A DNA stretch of 64,000 nucleotides, from positions 20,003-84,002 of the forward strand of contig JAPLSQ010000082.1 of NCBI GenBank assembly GCA_026398535.1. Reading direction: 5' to 3'. The notes beneath the pieces were generated by a model, which was given only the letters and a program-made list of their open reading frames with translations, did no database searches and had not been told where the DNA came from. The position numbers and the translations under genes were made by a program. The first letter of the stretch is position 1; the number at the start of each line of letters is the position of its first letter. The stretch comes from Candidatus Sumerlaeota bacterium. Its GTDB lineage: Bacteria; Sumerlaeota; Sumerlaeia; Sumerlaeales; Sumerlaeaceae. Below, in pieces: positions 18,457 to 27,366 of this stretch.

Positions 18457-19818
18457 TTGGACATGCCTTGCTTCGCATCCACAGCCATCGGGGCGGAAAA
18501 CCGCCTTTACAGCCCCGATTTGCCCGCGTTGAAAGCGGTTGGAGCGGCCGCGGCGCCTGCTGATACGAACTCAGCCCGCGCCATTCTTTCCCGTGCGGGA
18601 CAGCCTCTTTCGTACGGCGACCTCGCAAGCCTGCTCAAGGCCGTGCTGTTGCCGTCCGGCGCCGGAGTGGCTTCGATTGTGTGCGAGTGTTCGGCGCGGT
18701 TGCGGCGAAAATTGTTCGGCATCGCGGTCATAACCATGGCGCCGGTCGAAATAGCGAACACATGCCTTTCCGACTGTCTTTTCTGCGGGTGGCGCCGGTC
18801 AAACCAGATCATGAAACGCCTGGCGATCCCCGATGATCTGGCGATGCTGCAGGTGGAGTATCTTGTCGGTCTCGGGATTCATCACATCGAATTTGTGAGC
18901 GGGGACGACATCAAGGCCGTGCGCGAATCGCTGCCCCGTCTGATCGCGCAGACACGCGAGCTGTTCCGCAGGCGCGGCATTGACGGGATAATCTCCTTTT
19001 GCACGCTTGCGCTTACCGAGCGCCAGTACCGCGATCTGAAGAGCGCGGGCGCTGATGCCATGATTCTGTGGCAGGAAACGTATGACCGGTGTGTGTTCAA
19101 ACAGCATATCAAGGGCGGTCCGAAAGCCAGCGGGATTGACGACGACTGGAAGCAGGTGAGGGGCGGCGACGGCTGCCGGTTTCGCATCGAATCGCAGGAG
19201 CGCGCGTTGCGCGCGGGTCTGGATGTGGCGCTGGGATCGATGCTTGGCCTCAATCCCGACATATGCGCCGATTTTCTGGCCGCCGTGGATCATGCGCGGT
19301 ATCTCGCCGCGCATTATGATATTACGCCCGAGCATCCCATGATCATTGGGATGCCGATATGGAACCCCATCACGACACAGGCGACTGACCTGCGTCCGGC
19401 GCGTGCGCCCGGCATGGAGACAATCTTTCCCGCCATCGCGGGTTTGTACATGCTGGCGTTGCCGCGAAGGTCAGTGTGGATTTTTCCAAATTGCCGCGTC
19501 TCGATGGATCAGCAGATCGAGGCGGCGCGGGTTGCCGGGGTTTTCACGTCGACCGAGGTGAAACTCGGCCCGGGCGGCTATCTGCCCTCCATACTGAAAA
19601 ACATACGGCACGGCAATAGCGGGACGGAAGCCCTATGGCGGCGCGCGGCCGATCTTGTGAAACAGGCGGTGGAAAGCGAGGAGGAACTGGCACGCGTTCT
19701 GGACGAACACGAGCAGTTTGTGCATCACTATCACACGCATGAGGCCTACTTGCGGGCGATGGAGCGCGCCGGGCTGCGCCTGGCCGCGCGCGCAAGCCTG
19801 CCGGCGACAGACGATTAA
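18457..19818 (+). CDS. Radical SAM protein, ThiH/HydG/BioB-like subfamily, function unknown
   Basis: CxxxCxxC cluster motif (NTCLSDCLFCGW) preceded by a ~100-aa N-terminal extension as in ThiH/HydG; 453 aa. Lies 30 bp downstream of fabF on the same strand. Confidence 0.75.
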   Translation: MDMPCFASTAIGAENRLYSPDLPALKAVGAAAAPADTNSARAILSRAGQPLSYGDLASLLKAVLLPSGAGVASIVCECSARLRRKLFGIAVITMAPVEIANTCLSDCLFCGWRRSNQIMKRLAIPDDLAMLQVEYLVGLGIHHIEFVSGDDIKAVRESLPRLIAQTRELFRRRGIDGIISFCTLALTERQYRDLKSAGADAMILWQETYDRCVFKQHIKGGPKASGIDDDWKQVRGGDGCRFRIESQERALRAGLDVALGSMLGLNPDICADFLAAVDHARYLAAHYDITPEHPMIIGMPIWNPITTQATDLRPARAPGMETIFPAIAGLYMLALPRRSVWIFPNCRVSMDQQIEAARVAGVFTSTEVKLGPGGYLPSILKNIRHGNSGTEALWRRAADLVKQAVESEEELARVLDEHEQFVHHYHTHEAYLRAMERAGLRLAARASLPATDD

Positions 19819-19853
19819 GCCCCCCGGAGGACCGTCCGGGCTTCGCATTGTTG

Positions 19854-20531
19854 TCAATTGGGCGTTGAGGGAACGCCCGCCGATCCGCCGACAAACCGCA
19901 CGATATCGCCGGCGCTGATCGTGCCGTTTGTGGGATCGTAAAGGCGGTTGATTCCCGGCCATCCCCAGAAGACCTTGTCGAGGCCGTAGATGGCCCATTC
20001 ACCCCCGCTGTCGCCGAGCACCGCGCCTGACATGCTTCGGGCGGCGTCGGGTCCCCAGCTTTTCATGCAACAGGCCCGCAAGTCTTTGGCGCCCGCCGCC
20101 GCGCGCACTGTCCATCCCCACGAGACAAATTCGGCGGGCGTGGGCGGCGTGCGATAACGATAATCCATGTTGAAGTATTGAAAACTGCGGATGCTCGTGC
20201 CGAACAGCTTGTCGCCGATGACAAAAGGATCGCGCGGATATGAGGTGATATAGGCAATGGGGGTGGTCAGGAAACCGAACCGCTCGAGACGGTATTGCGA
20301 GTCCGCCGATCCCCACCCGTCATTTGGGGGGTATATGCTGGCGTCGCTGCAGTAGGCTTCGAGCGCGGTTGCAAGGGATCGCATGTCGGCCTTGACCCGC
20401 GAGACCTTCGAGCGCGTCTGCGCTTCCAGGAAATTGGGAACGGCGATGGCCGCGAGGATGGCGATGATCGCAACCACGATCAGCAGTTCGATGAGCGTGA
20501 AAGCGCGGTGAAGTGAGGTTTTTACGATCAT
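19854..20531 (-). CDS. Prepilin-type N-terminal cleavage/methylation domain protein with DUF1559 C-terminal domain
   Basis: N-terminus …AFTLIELLIVVAIIAILAAIAVPNFLEAQTRSKVSR… (class III signal, G/A-F-T-L-I-E-L). The C-terminus has the DUF1559 signature …YDPTNGTISAGDIVR…. Confidence 0.8.
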   Translation of the reverse strand: MIVKTSLHRAFTLIELLIVVAIIAILAAIAVPNFLEAQTRSKVSRVKADMRSLATALEAYCSDASIYPPNDGWGSADSQYRLERFGFLTTPIAYITSYPRDPFVIGDKLFGTSIRSFQYFNMDYRYRTPPTPAEFVSWGWTVRAAAGAKDLRACCMKSWGPDAARSMSGAVLGDSGGEWAIYGLDKVFWGWPGINRLYDPTNGTISAGDIVRFVGGSAGVPSTPN

Positions 20532-20553
20532 TGGATGACGGCTCAGGGAAGTG

Positions 20554-21162
20554 TCACGGTCCTGTTCGCACTATGTTCCCGCAGGAAATGGTGCCGTTGG
20601 TGGGGTCATAAGCCCAGTCCCATGGCTGATCAACCTCTGCCACGTCGCAACCTCCGTTGGCCGTGCTGCGCGCCCAGCATTGGTCAGGCCCTTTGCTCAA
20701 AAGGTCATAAAGCGCGAATGTTTTGCTCCCGGTTCCGTTGTAAACATACCATTCATAACCCTGCTCATTGTAAAATGACTTCGTGGCATACCAATAATCC
20801 TGCGTCTCGTTCCACTGAGCGTATAAATCAGCCGGTTTCAGAATACCGCCAAACGGGTCTTTGGGAATGCTTGTGATATAGGCGACTGGCGTTGTAAGAC
20901 CCGCCGCATATCTGCCATTCGACGGTTGGGGGCCGGCAGGCAAGGCCCAGCCAGGACTCCAACACACATAAGGATACTTGGCATGATCAGCGGCGTAGGA
21001 CTCAACCGCAACGCTTGCTGTTCGCAGATCGGCTTTGCAACGCGAAACCTTTGAGCGCGTCTGCGCCTCGAGGAAATTGGGCACGGCGATGGCCGCGAGG
21101 ATGGCGATGATCGCGACGACAATGAGCAATTCAATGAGGGTGAAAGCTCTTCGCATAATCAT
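20554..21162 (-). CDS. Prepilin-type N-terminal domain / DUF1559 protein, tandem paralog
   Basis: MRRAFTLIELLIVVAIIAILAAIAVPNFLEAQTRSKVSR…; C-terminal …YDPTNGTISCGNIVR…. The first ~100 nt of the coding region are ~85% identical to the neighbouring paralog. Confidence 0.8.
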   Translation of the reverse strand: MIMRRAFTLIELLIVVAIIAILAAIAVPNFLEAQTRSKVSRCKADLRTASVAVESYAADHAKYPYVCWSPGWALPAGPQPSNGRYAAGLTTPVAYITSIPKDPFGGILKPADLYAQWNETQDYWYATKSFYNEQGYEWYVYNGTGSKTFALYDLLSKGPDQCWARSTANGGCDVAEVDQPWDWAYDPTNGTISCGNIVRTGP

Positions 21163-21291
21163 AAGTATAATCCTCCTATGAAATTTGTGTGTTTATTTTA
21201 ACACGATAATAAGCATCCTGTTCAAGAAAAAGTCTGCATCTGTCATGATAATTTCGTGATGCTTGAGGTTTTCGCGCATCATGGTATTGGC

Positions 21292-22479
21292 TTATGCGCC
21301 CCGCGCCATGCCCTCGATAAGGATGCGGGCGACTTCGGGGCGGGTGAATTCAGGCGGCGGCATCTGGCCGGCGCGCAGCATCTCGCGCACCTTGGTGCCG
21401 CTGAGTGTGACGCGGTCTTCGGGGCCTCCGGGCGAAGTTTTGGCGCTGGCCATGCCGCCCGTCTTGCGGCAATAGAAGGTGTAGTCGAAAAAGAGCGGGG
21501 TGATATCGATGGCGAGCGGATCGAAATAATCGAAAATGTGGTGCGCGTCGAACGATCCGTAATAATTGCCGACGCCGGCGTGGTCGCGGCCGACAATGAA
21601 GTGCGTGCAACCATAGTTTTTTCGGATGATGGCGTGAAAAACGGCTTCGCGCGGGCCGGCGTAGCGCATCGCGGCGGGATTCACGCCGATGATCACCCTG
21701 TCGGAGGGATAGTAGTTTTCTGCCATGACCTTGTAGGTTTTCATGCGCAGTTCGGGTGAAACGTCGTCGTCCTTGGTTTTGCCCATGAGCGGGTGGAGCA
21801 GCAGACCGTCGGTGATTTCGAGCGCCACCTTGGTCATGTATTCATGCGCCCGGTGGAGGGGGTTGCGCGTCTGGAACGCGACGGTGCGGCGCCATCCGCG
21901 CCGCAGGAACTCCGCCCGCATTTGCGCTGGTGTCAGGCGCTCATCCGGGAAATCATCGTGTGAAGGCAGATTGACCACGTCGATTTCGCCGCCCAACAGC
22001 CAGCCGTTTTTCTGGTGGAGCGCGGCCACCCCGGGATGTGTCATGTCCTCCGTGCCGTAGACCATGCGCGCCTCGCGGGCTTTGTCATGCCGGTATTTGG
22101 ATTCCACATGGAGGCTGGCAAGGATGAGCCCTCCTTCATCCTTGAGCGCCACCTTGCCGCCTTCTTTGATTGATGACGCCTGCTCGTCCGGCACGGACAC
22201 GGTGACGGGGATTGTCCAAGGCAGGCCGTTGGGCAGATGCATTTGCTCGACGACGGATTCAAACTCGACGGCGGTCATGAATCCGCGCAAGGGCGACACG
22301 GCGCCAACCCCGATCAGCTCGACATCGGAGGTTTCCCATTCGTTCAGGGTGATGGCGGGAAACGTCCGGGCCAGCGCGAGAGCTTCGTCGCGCGCCGCGC
22401 CTTTAAGAACACGGTCTATCAACCCGCCTCCGTGGGGCGGGATCAGGCTGATGGGTGCGGGCTTGAAAATCTCGGGCAT
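21292..22479 (-). CDS. sat: Sulfate adenylyltransferase (ATP sulfurylase)
   Basis: QTRNPLHRAHE and GRDHAG motifs, PUA-like N-terminal domain; 395 aa. Confidence 0.9.
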   Translation of the reverse strand: MPEIFKPAPISLIPPHGGGLIDRVLKGAARDEALALARTFPAITLNEWETSDVELIGVGAVSPLRGFMTAVEFESVVEQMHLPNGLPWTIPVTVSVPDEQASSIKEGGKVALKDEGGLILASLHVESKYRHDKAREARMVYGTEDMTHPGVAALHQKNGWLLGGEIDVVNLPSHDDFPDERLTPAQMRAEFLRRGWRRTVAFQTRNPLHRAHEYMTKVALEITDGLLLHPLMGKTKDDDVSPELRMKTYKVMAENYYPSDRVIIGVNPAAMRYAGPREAVFHAIIRKNYGCTHFIVGRDHAGVGNYYGSFDAHHIFDYFDPLAIDITPLFFDYTFYCRKTGGMASAKTSPGGPEDRVTLSGTKVREMLRAGQMPPPEFTRPEVARILIEGMARGA

Positions 22480-22668
22480 GTTTTAAATATCCTTAGTTGC
22501 GTGAATTAGACAACGATTCAACCCGCTTGAAAGCGCCATGAGGCAAGCTAAATATTCACGCGCGGCGGAAGAAGAGTTCGTCTCACGAATCCGCGAGACG
22601 CACCCATTCAGATGGACACTGTGTTTTCCTGCTGGCAATTGTGGCGCGTCTGATTCAAAGGATATGCC

Positions 22669-23286
22669 ATGAAACGACCGGATGAGCGCAAATTTGAGGT
22701 TGTCAGCGCAGAATACGAAACGAGCGCGATACAACGGGTGCAATATCCGCCAGGGGATTTTCCGGAGATTGCGTTTGCGGGAAAGTCCAATGTGGGCAAG
22801 TCGTCGCTCATCAATGCGCTGGTGAACCGGCGCCAGCTCGCGCGGGTGTCGAACACTCCCGGCCGCACGCGGATGCTGAATTTTTTTATTGTGAACAGTG
22901 TGGCGCGGTTTGTTGATCTGCCCGGATATGGATTCGCGAAAGTTCCCAAGTGCGTCAAGGCGGGGTGGGAAAAAATGATCACGACGTATCTTCGCGGCAA
23001 CCGCAATCTTCGCGGAGTCGTCGCGCTCTTTGACATCCGCCGGGAGTTTACGGAAGAAGATCTTGCGCTGCCGGATTGGCTTGCCCATTTCGGCATTCCG
23101 TTCATCGCGGTCATGACGAAGAGCGACAAATTGTCGCGCGCTCAACAGACGGTGTCCGCCAGCCGCGCCCGCGCGGCGCTTGAGCGTTTCCATCCCCTGG
23201 ATGTTGTTTTATTCAGCGCGGCAACACGTCAGGGCCGCGACGAACTGCTCGGTCTGATTGGCGAACTGCTCGCCCCGCGGCAATAA
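22669..23286 (+). CDS. engB: Ribosome biogenesis GTPase EngB/YsxC
   Basis: G1 GKSNVGKSSLIN, G3 DLPGYG, G4 TKSDK; ~200 aa. Confidence 0.85.
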   Translation: MKRPDERKFEVVSAEYETSAIQRVQYPPGDFPEIAFAGKSNVGKSSLINALVNRRQLARVSNTPGRTRMLNFFIVNSVARFVDLPGYGFAKVPKCVKAGWEKMITTYLRGNRNLRGVVALFDIRREFTEEDLALPDWLAHFGIPFIAVMTKSDKLSRAQQTVSASRARAALERFHPLDVVLFSAATRQGRDELLGLIGELLAPRQ

Positions 23287-23411
23287 TAATTCGGTTCGCA
23301 ACCCGGGCCCAACCATCGTCCCGCAATCCTGAATCGCAGGGAACAATTGTTGATCAAAAATGTCATAAAAAAGCGGAATATGTATGTAAACACCATTATG
23401 ATAAACCAAGG

Positions 23412-23837
23412 ATGTTCGATATGACTGAGCGTGGCATCTTTATCACTGAATTTGACATGAGACGGTTGGGCGAACTGTTGCAGGTTGCCATGTTGTTTGG
23501 ACGAAACCAGGAGATTTACTTGAAAGCGTTGAACACCGAACTCAACAAAGCTCAGATCGTCAAGCCGCAGGAGGTTCCTGCGGATGTGGTGACCATGAAC
23601 TCAAAAGTGCGGGTCAAGTTTCTTACCAGCGGTCAATCTCATGTGTACACCCTTGTTTTTCCGTCAGACGCCAACATTGAAAAAAAGTGTATTTCGGTGC
23701 TGGCGCCCATGGGAACCGCCATTCTCGGTTACAAGGTCGGCAAGATGGTCGAGTGGGATGCGCCGAACGGTCATGAAAAGCTTGTTATCGAGGAGATCAT
23801 TTATCAACCTGAGGCGGCGGGCGATTTCCATTTATAA
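23412..23837 (+). CDS. GreA/GreB-family protein consisting of the C-terminal FKBP-like domain only (Rnk-like)
   Basis: 141 aa; …VTMNSKVRVKFLTSGQSHVYTLVFPSDANIEKKCISVLAPMGTAILGYKVGKMVEW… matches the GreA C-terminal domain as found in Rnk. Confidence 0.6.
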   Translation: MFDMTERGIFITEFDMRRLGELLQVAMLFGRNQEIYLKALNTELNKAQIVKPQEVPADVVTMNSKVRVKFLTSGQSHVYTLVFPSDANIEKKCISVLAPMGTAILGYKVGKMVEWDAPNGHEKLVIEEIIYQPEAAGDFHL

Positions 23838-23961
23838 AGAGCCAGTCCCCCTCACGTTCGCCCGATGACATGAAAAAATCTCCAGTTGCTTTTTGCTCGA
23901 ATCACGGATGGTTTCATCCCGAAGTTGAAGGAAATCGTCTTACGCAAGGATTCGGCAAATT

Positions 23962-24837
23962 ATGAGCATACTGGTTGATCGCGGGACAAAGTTGCTCATC
24001 CAGGGGATTAGCGGCAATGAGGGCGCGTTCCATGGCCGGCAGATGATTGAATATGGCACGCGGGTTGTGGGCGGAGTGGTGCCGGGGCGCGCCGGCGAAA
24101 CCGTTATTGGCGTTCCGGTTTTCAACACGATGAAGGATGCCGTGAGCGCGACAGGCGCGAACGCCTCGGTGATTTATGTTCCCGCGGCATTTGCGCCGGA
24201 TGCCGCGCTGGAGGCCATCGCCAGTGGTGTGCGTCTCGTGGTCATCATTACCGAGGGCATTCCCACGCTCGACATGATTCGTGTATGCTGGGCGGCGCGC
24301 CAGCGGGATGTCGTGGTGATCGGTCCCAATTGTCCGGGCATCATTTCGCCGGGCAAGGCCAAGGTTGGCATCATGCCCGGTCACATCCACAAGGAGGGTC
24401 GTGTCGGCGTCATTTCACGCAGCGGCACGCTGACCTACGAAATTGTCAAGGAATTGACCGTAAACGGCTTGGGACAATCCACATGCATCGGAATAGGCGG
24501 CGATCCCGTGATCGGCACAACATTTGTCGATGCGCTTGCGCTGTTCGGGAAGGATCCCGAGACAGATGCCGTCGTGCTGATAGGTGAAATCGGCGGCATG
24601 GACGAAGAGGCCGCGGCGGAGTTCACGCGGCAGAACATGACCAAGCCGGTTGTGGCGTTCATCGCCGGCCTGACGGCGCCGCAGGGAAAGCGCATGGGGC
24701 ACGCCGGCGCGATCATAGCGGGCGGCAAAGGCGCGGCCGCCGATAAAATTCAGGCGCTGACCGCCGCCGGGATTCCCGTCGCCCAACGCCCCGATCAAAT
24801 ACCCGGACTTCTCAAGCAGGCGCCGGGCCTGGGATGA
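23962..24837 (+). CDS. sucD: Succinate--CoA ligase alpha subunit (CoA-binding, ADP-forming family)
   Basis: Full-length match to SucD: …[13 protein letters not shown]…, …[11 protein letters not shown]…, phosphohistidine loop …SRSGTLTYE…. No sucC is adjacent. Confidence 0.85.
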   Translation: MSILVDRGTKLLIQGISGNEGAFHGRQMIEYGTRVVGGVVPGRAGETVIGVPVFNTMKDAVSATGANASVIYVPAAFAPDAALEAIASGVRLVVIITEGIPTLDMIRVCWAARQRDVVVIGPNCPGIISPGKAKVGIMPGHIHKEGRVGVISRSGTLTYEIVKELTVNGLGQSTCIGIGGDPVIGTTFVDALALFGKDPETDAVVLIGEIGGMDEEAAAEFTRQNMTKPVVAFIAGLTAPQGKRMGHAGAIIAGGKGAAADKIQALTAAGIPVAQRPDQIPGLLKQAPGLG

Positions 24838-24898
24838 AACTGATCTCCAACGCGGCGATGTCTTCTGACGGTTCCATGGGCAGTTCGCAGATGCGCCG

Positions 24899-25858
24899 TC
24901 AATTAAACAGGCATATCGCGTACAGCACGGAAAAGCCAATGATCATCATCAGCGGCGTGTCCATTGAATGAGGCGCGGTGGCCTCGGCCAGCGTCATGAT
25001 GACGGGCAGAATGGCCATGGCAACGACAAACTGGCTGATGCTGTTGAAATCGGTGAAAAACATTGCCGTGAAGATGAGCCCGCTTATGTAAACACAGGCG
25101 CTGCCGGCATACGATCTTACATATCTCCTGTCAAGACCCCACGATGGAGCCAGGTACTTTTTCTTGCCGAGATAAATGCCCACTGGCTCGGCAAGTCCGT
25201 CGCCAATTCCCACGATGAAGATGATGATAAAGACGAGATTGGGCTCAAGGATCTGCTCGAACAATTGCTTGAAAATCACGCACAAAACAAGCCCCGGCAG
25301 GATGTTGCCCAGCACGATCCATTTCAGTGTGTTGGGCCTGTCCTCGGGCCGGTCGAGGGAATTGAACTGCAGCATGAAGATCTTTGAGTTCTCCCTGATC
25401 GGCTTGATCAGCAGCAGAAAAGCGAGCAGCACCAGCAGTGATTCCCAAAGATGCGGCAGCGCTCCGAATGGATGCATTTTGCTTCCAGGGCTGGCGCTTA
25501 CGCTGATCAGGGGGACGAGATAGGCGGCAAAGTGTTGCAATTTACGGGTGTAGTTGATCTTAAAGGCGGAATCCTTGTTCGTGATGATATACCCTTTTTC
25601 GTCGATCCGGCAGAAATGCCGGCATAGGAGACCGCCGGCAAAGGACATGAGCATCATGATGGCGAGTTTTGTCAGCCCGAAGAGAAAGAAAGGCCCGTCC
25701 GACAGAAGAGCGGGCTGCAACGAACGCGTTGTGGTAAACAAGATTAACAGCGCCACCGCCCAACCGGCAAGGAAGGTCAGATCAAACGTCTTCTTCCAGT
25801 CCTGGTCATATAATCCGGCGCTGTCACCCGGCAGGATGACTCTGTTCTCCTCGGTCAT
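24899..25858 (-). CDS. Polytopic membrane protein of the CTP-transferase / polyprenol-kinase superfamily (CdsA / dolichol-kinase-like)
   Basis: Multiple TM helices and a C-terminal motif …GIGDGLAEPVGIYLGKKKYLAP… resembling the GDxxAxxxGxxxGKxKL signature of CdsA/DUF92/dolichol kinases. Confidence 0.4.
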   Translation of the reverse strand: MTEENRVILPGDSAGLYDQDWKKTFDLTFLAGWAVALLILFTTTRSLQPALLSDGPFFLFGLTKLAIMMLMSFAGGLLCRHFCRIDEKGYIITNKDSAFKINYTRKLQHFAAYLVPLISVSASPGSKMHPFGALPHLWESLLVLLAFLLLIKPIRENSKIFMLQFNSLDRPEDRPNTLKWIVLGNILPGLVLCVIFKQLFEQILEPNLVFIIIFIVGIGDGLAEPVGIYLGKKKYLAPSWGLDRRYVRSYAGSACVYISGLIFTAMFFTDFNSISQFVVAMAILPVIMTLAEATAPHSMDTPLMMIIGFSVLYAICLFN

Positions 25859-26157
25859 GTGCTGTCTCTCTCTGGCCGTTTATTCGATGGATTCTTTGCA
25901 GGTTATATGGTTGCATGATTGGGCGCGAATCCGAAAAGTCAATCCCAATGGCGCATTTGTTGTGGAACAGACTTTCAATGTGCGCCATCAATCCCCCAAC
26001 ACGTGATGGATGGATATGCCACAAACATCCGGGGCGCATCAGTTAATGCGCGAATGACAATTCGCCGGATACGCGAGATGAATCCGCGCTTCATGGTGAG
26101 CCGAAATATTCGTTGTGCGCGCTTGGCAACTGGTCCAACTTTTCCAGCACAAGCTCA

Positions 26158-27273
26158 ATGACCATGTCTTTTGATTCTCTGATGGATACGCTGCTTTCGC
26201 GGGCAATCAATTGGGATTGTCCGATGAGCGGGGACGAGTTCGACACCCTTGCCCTGAAGATTTTCGCGTATCAATATGAGCACAATGCCTTCTATCGGCG
26301 TTATTGTGACGCCCGCCGGGCAACCGCGGCGGGCAGTCCACACGATTCACAACCTGTGCCGTCGAGCTGGCTTGAAATCCCCGCTCTGCCAACAAACGCG
26401 TTCAAGCGCGCCGAAATATGCTGTTTTCCGGCGGAGCGGCGCATTGCCTTCTTTAAGACCAGCGGCACGACGGACGGCGAGACGGGAAGGCATTATTTTT
26501 CCACGCTTGCCCTCTATGAGGCCGCCATTGTTCCCAATTTCAAACAACATCTTCTGCCTGACGAGGGGCGGCTCAGGATGCTCATTCTGACTCCGCCGCC
26601 CGCGGAGACGCCGCATTCCTCGCTTGTCCACATGATGAAAGTCGTTCGCGAGCATTTCGGGACGGATGACAGCTTTTATTGTCTGCGTGAGGGAAGATGG
26701 CGGGCAAATGATATGCTTGATGCGCTTCATCAGAGTGAAACCGCGGGGGAGCCCGTGTTTCTGCTGGGCACTGTGTTCGCGTTTGTGTTCATGCTCGATG
26801 AAATGGCCGCGCGCGGCGCGAATTTCAGATTGCCAGAGGGCAGCCGCGTCATGGAAACGGGCGGTTTCAAGGGCCGCGCGCGCGAAATTCCGCGCGCTGA
26901 ATTTTACGCCAGCCTCTGCGGCGCTTTCGGCATTCCGCCACACCGCATCGTGAACGAATATGGGATGACCGAACTTTCGTCTCAATTTTACGACACGAGT
27001 CTTGCTGATGGCGCGCCCGGGAACCTGAAATCCGTTCCGCCTTGGACGCGGGTGCTGATCGTTGATCCCTTGTCCGGTCATCCAGTCCCGGATGGCGTCC
27101 CGGGGCTGATCCGTATTGTTGATCTCGCAAATCTCGGCAGTGTGATCGCCTTGCAGACCGAGGACGTTGGCATCATGCGCGGCGGCAAATTCGAGATGCT
27201 CGGCCGTGTGGCATCCGCCCCGCCGCGAGGCTGCTCACTCGCCGTGGAAGACCTGATGAATCAGCAGGGATAG
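26158..27273 (+). CDS. LuxE-family acyl-protein synthetase (ANL superfamily)
   Basis: …FFKTSGTTDGETGRHYF…, …METGGFKGRAREI…, …EYGMTELSSQFY…; ~370 aa. Start chosen at MTMSFDS; ORF-track start is 26113. Confidence 0.65.
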   Translation: MTMSFDSLMDTLLSRAINWDCPMSGDEFDTLALKIFAYQYEHNAFYRRYCDARRATAAGSPHDSQPVPSSWLEIPALPTNAFKRAEICCFPAERRIAFFKTSGTTDGETGRHYFSTLALYEAAIVPNFKQHLLPDEGRLRMLILTPPPAETPHSSLVHMMKVVREHFGTDDSFYCLREGRWRANDMLDALHQSETAGEPVFLLGTVFAFVFMLDEMAARGANFRLPEGSRVMETGGFKGRAREIPRAEFYASLCGAFGIPPHRIVNEYGMTELSSQFYDTSLADGAPGNLKSVPPWTRVLIVDPLSGHPVPDGVPGLIRIVDLANLGSVIALQTEDVGIMRGGKFEMLGRVASAPPRGCSLAVEDLMNQQG

Positions 27274-27366
27274 GACCGCTCAACATTCAGATTCGCTCGT
27301 TCATCAAAGGCGCCAACGCGTGTCTCAAGCGCTGGCGGTGGTGCGACGGACCCGCTGGCTGGTGAT

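Noticed and set aside
23962-24837. Considered whether sucD without an adjacent sucC indicates a novel CoA-ligase system
   Set aside because: The alpha subunit is canonical and full length; sucC is most likely encoded elsewhere, and split suc genes occur in many genomes.
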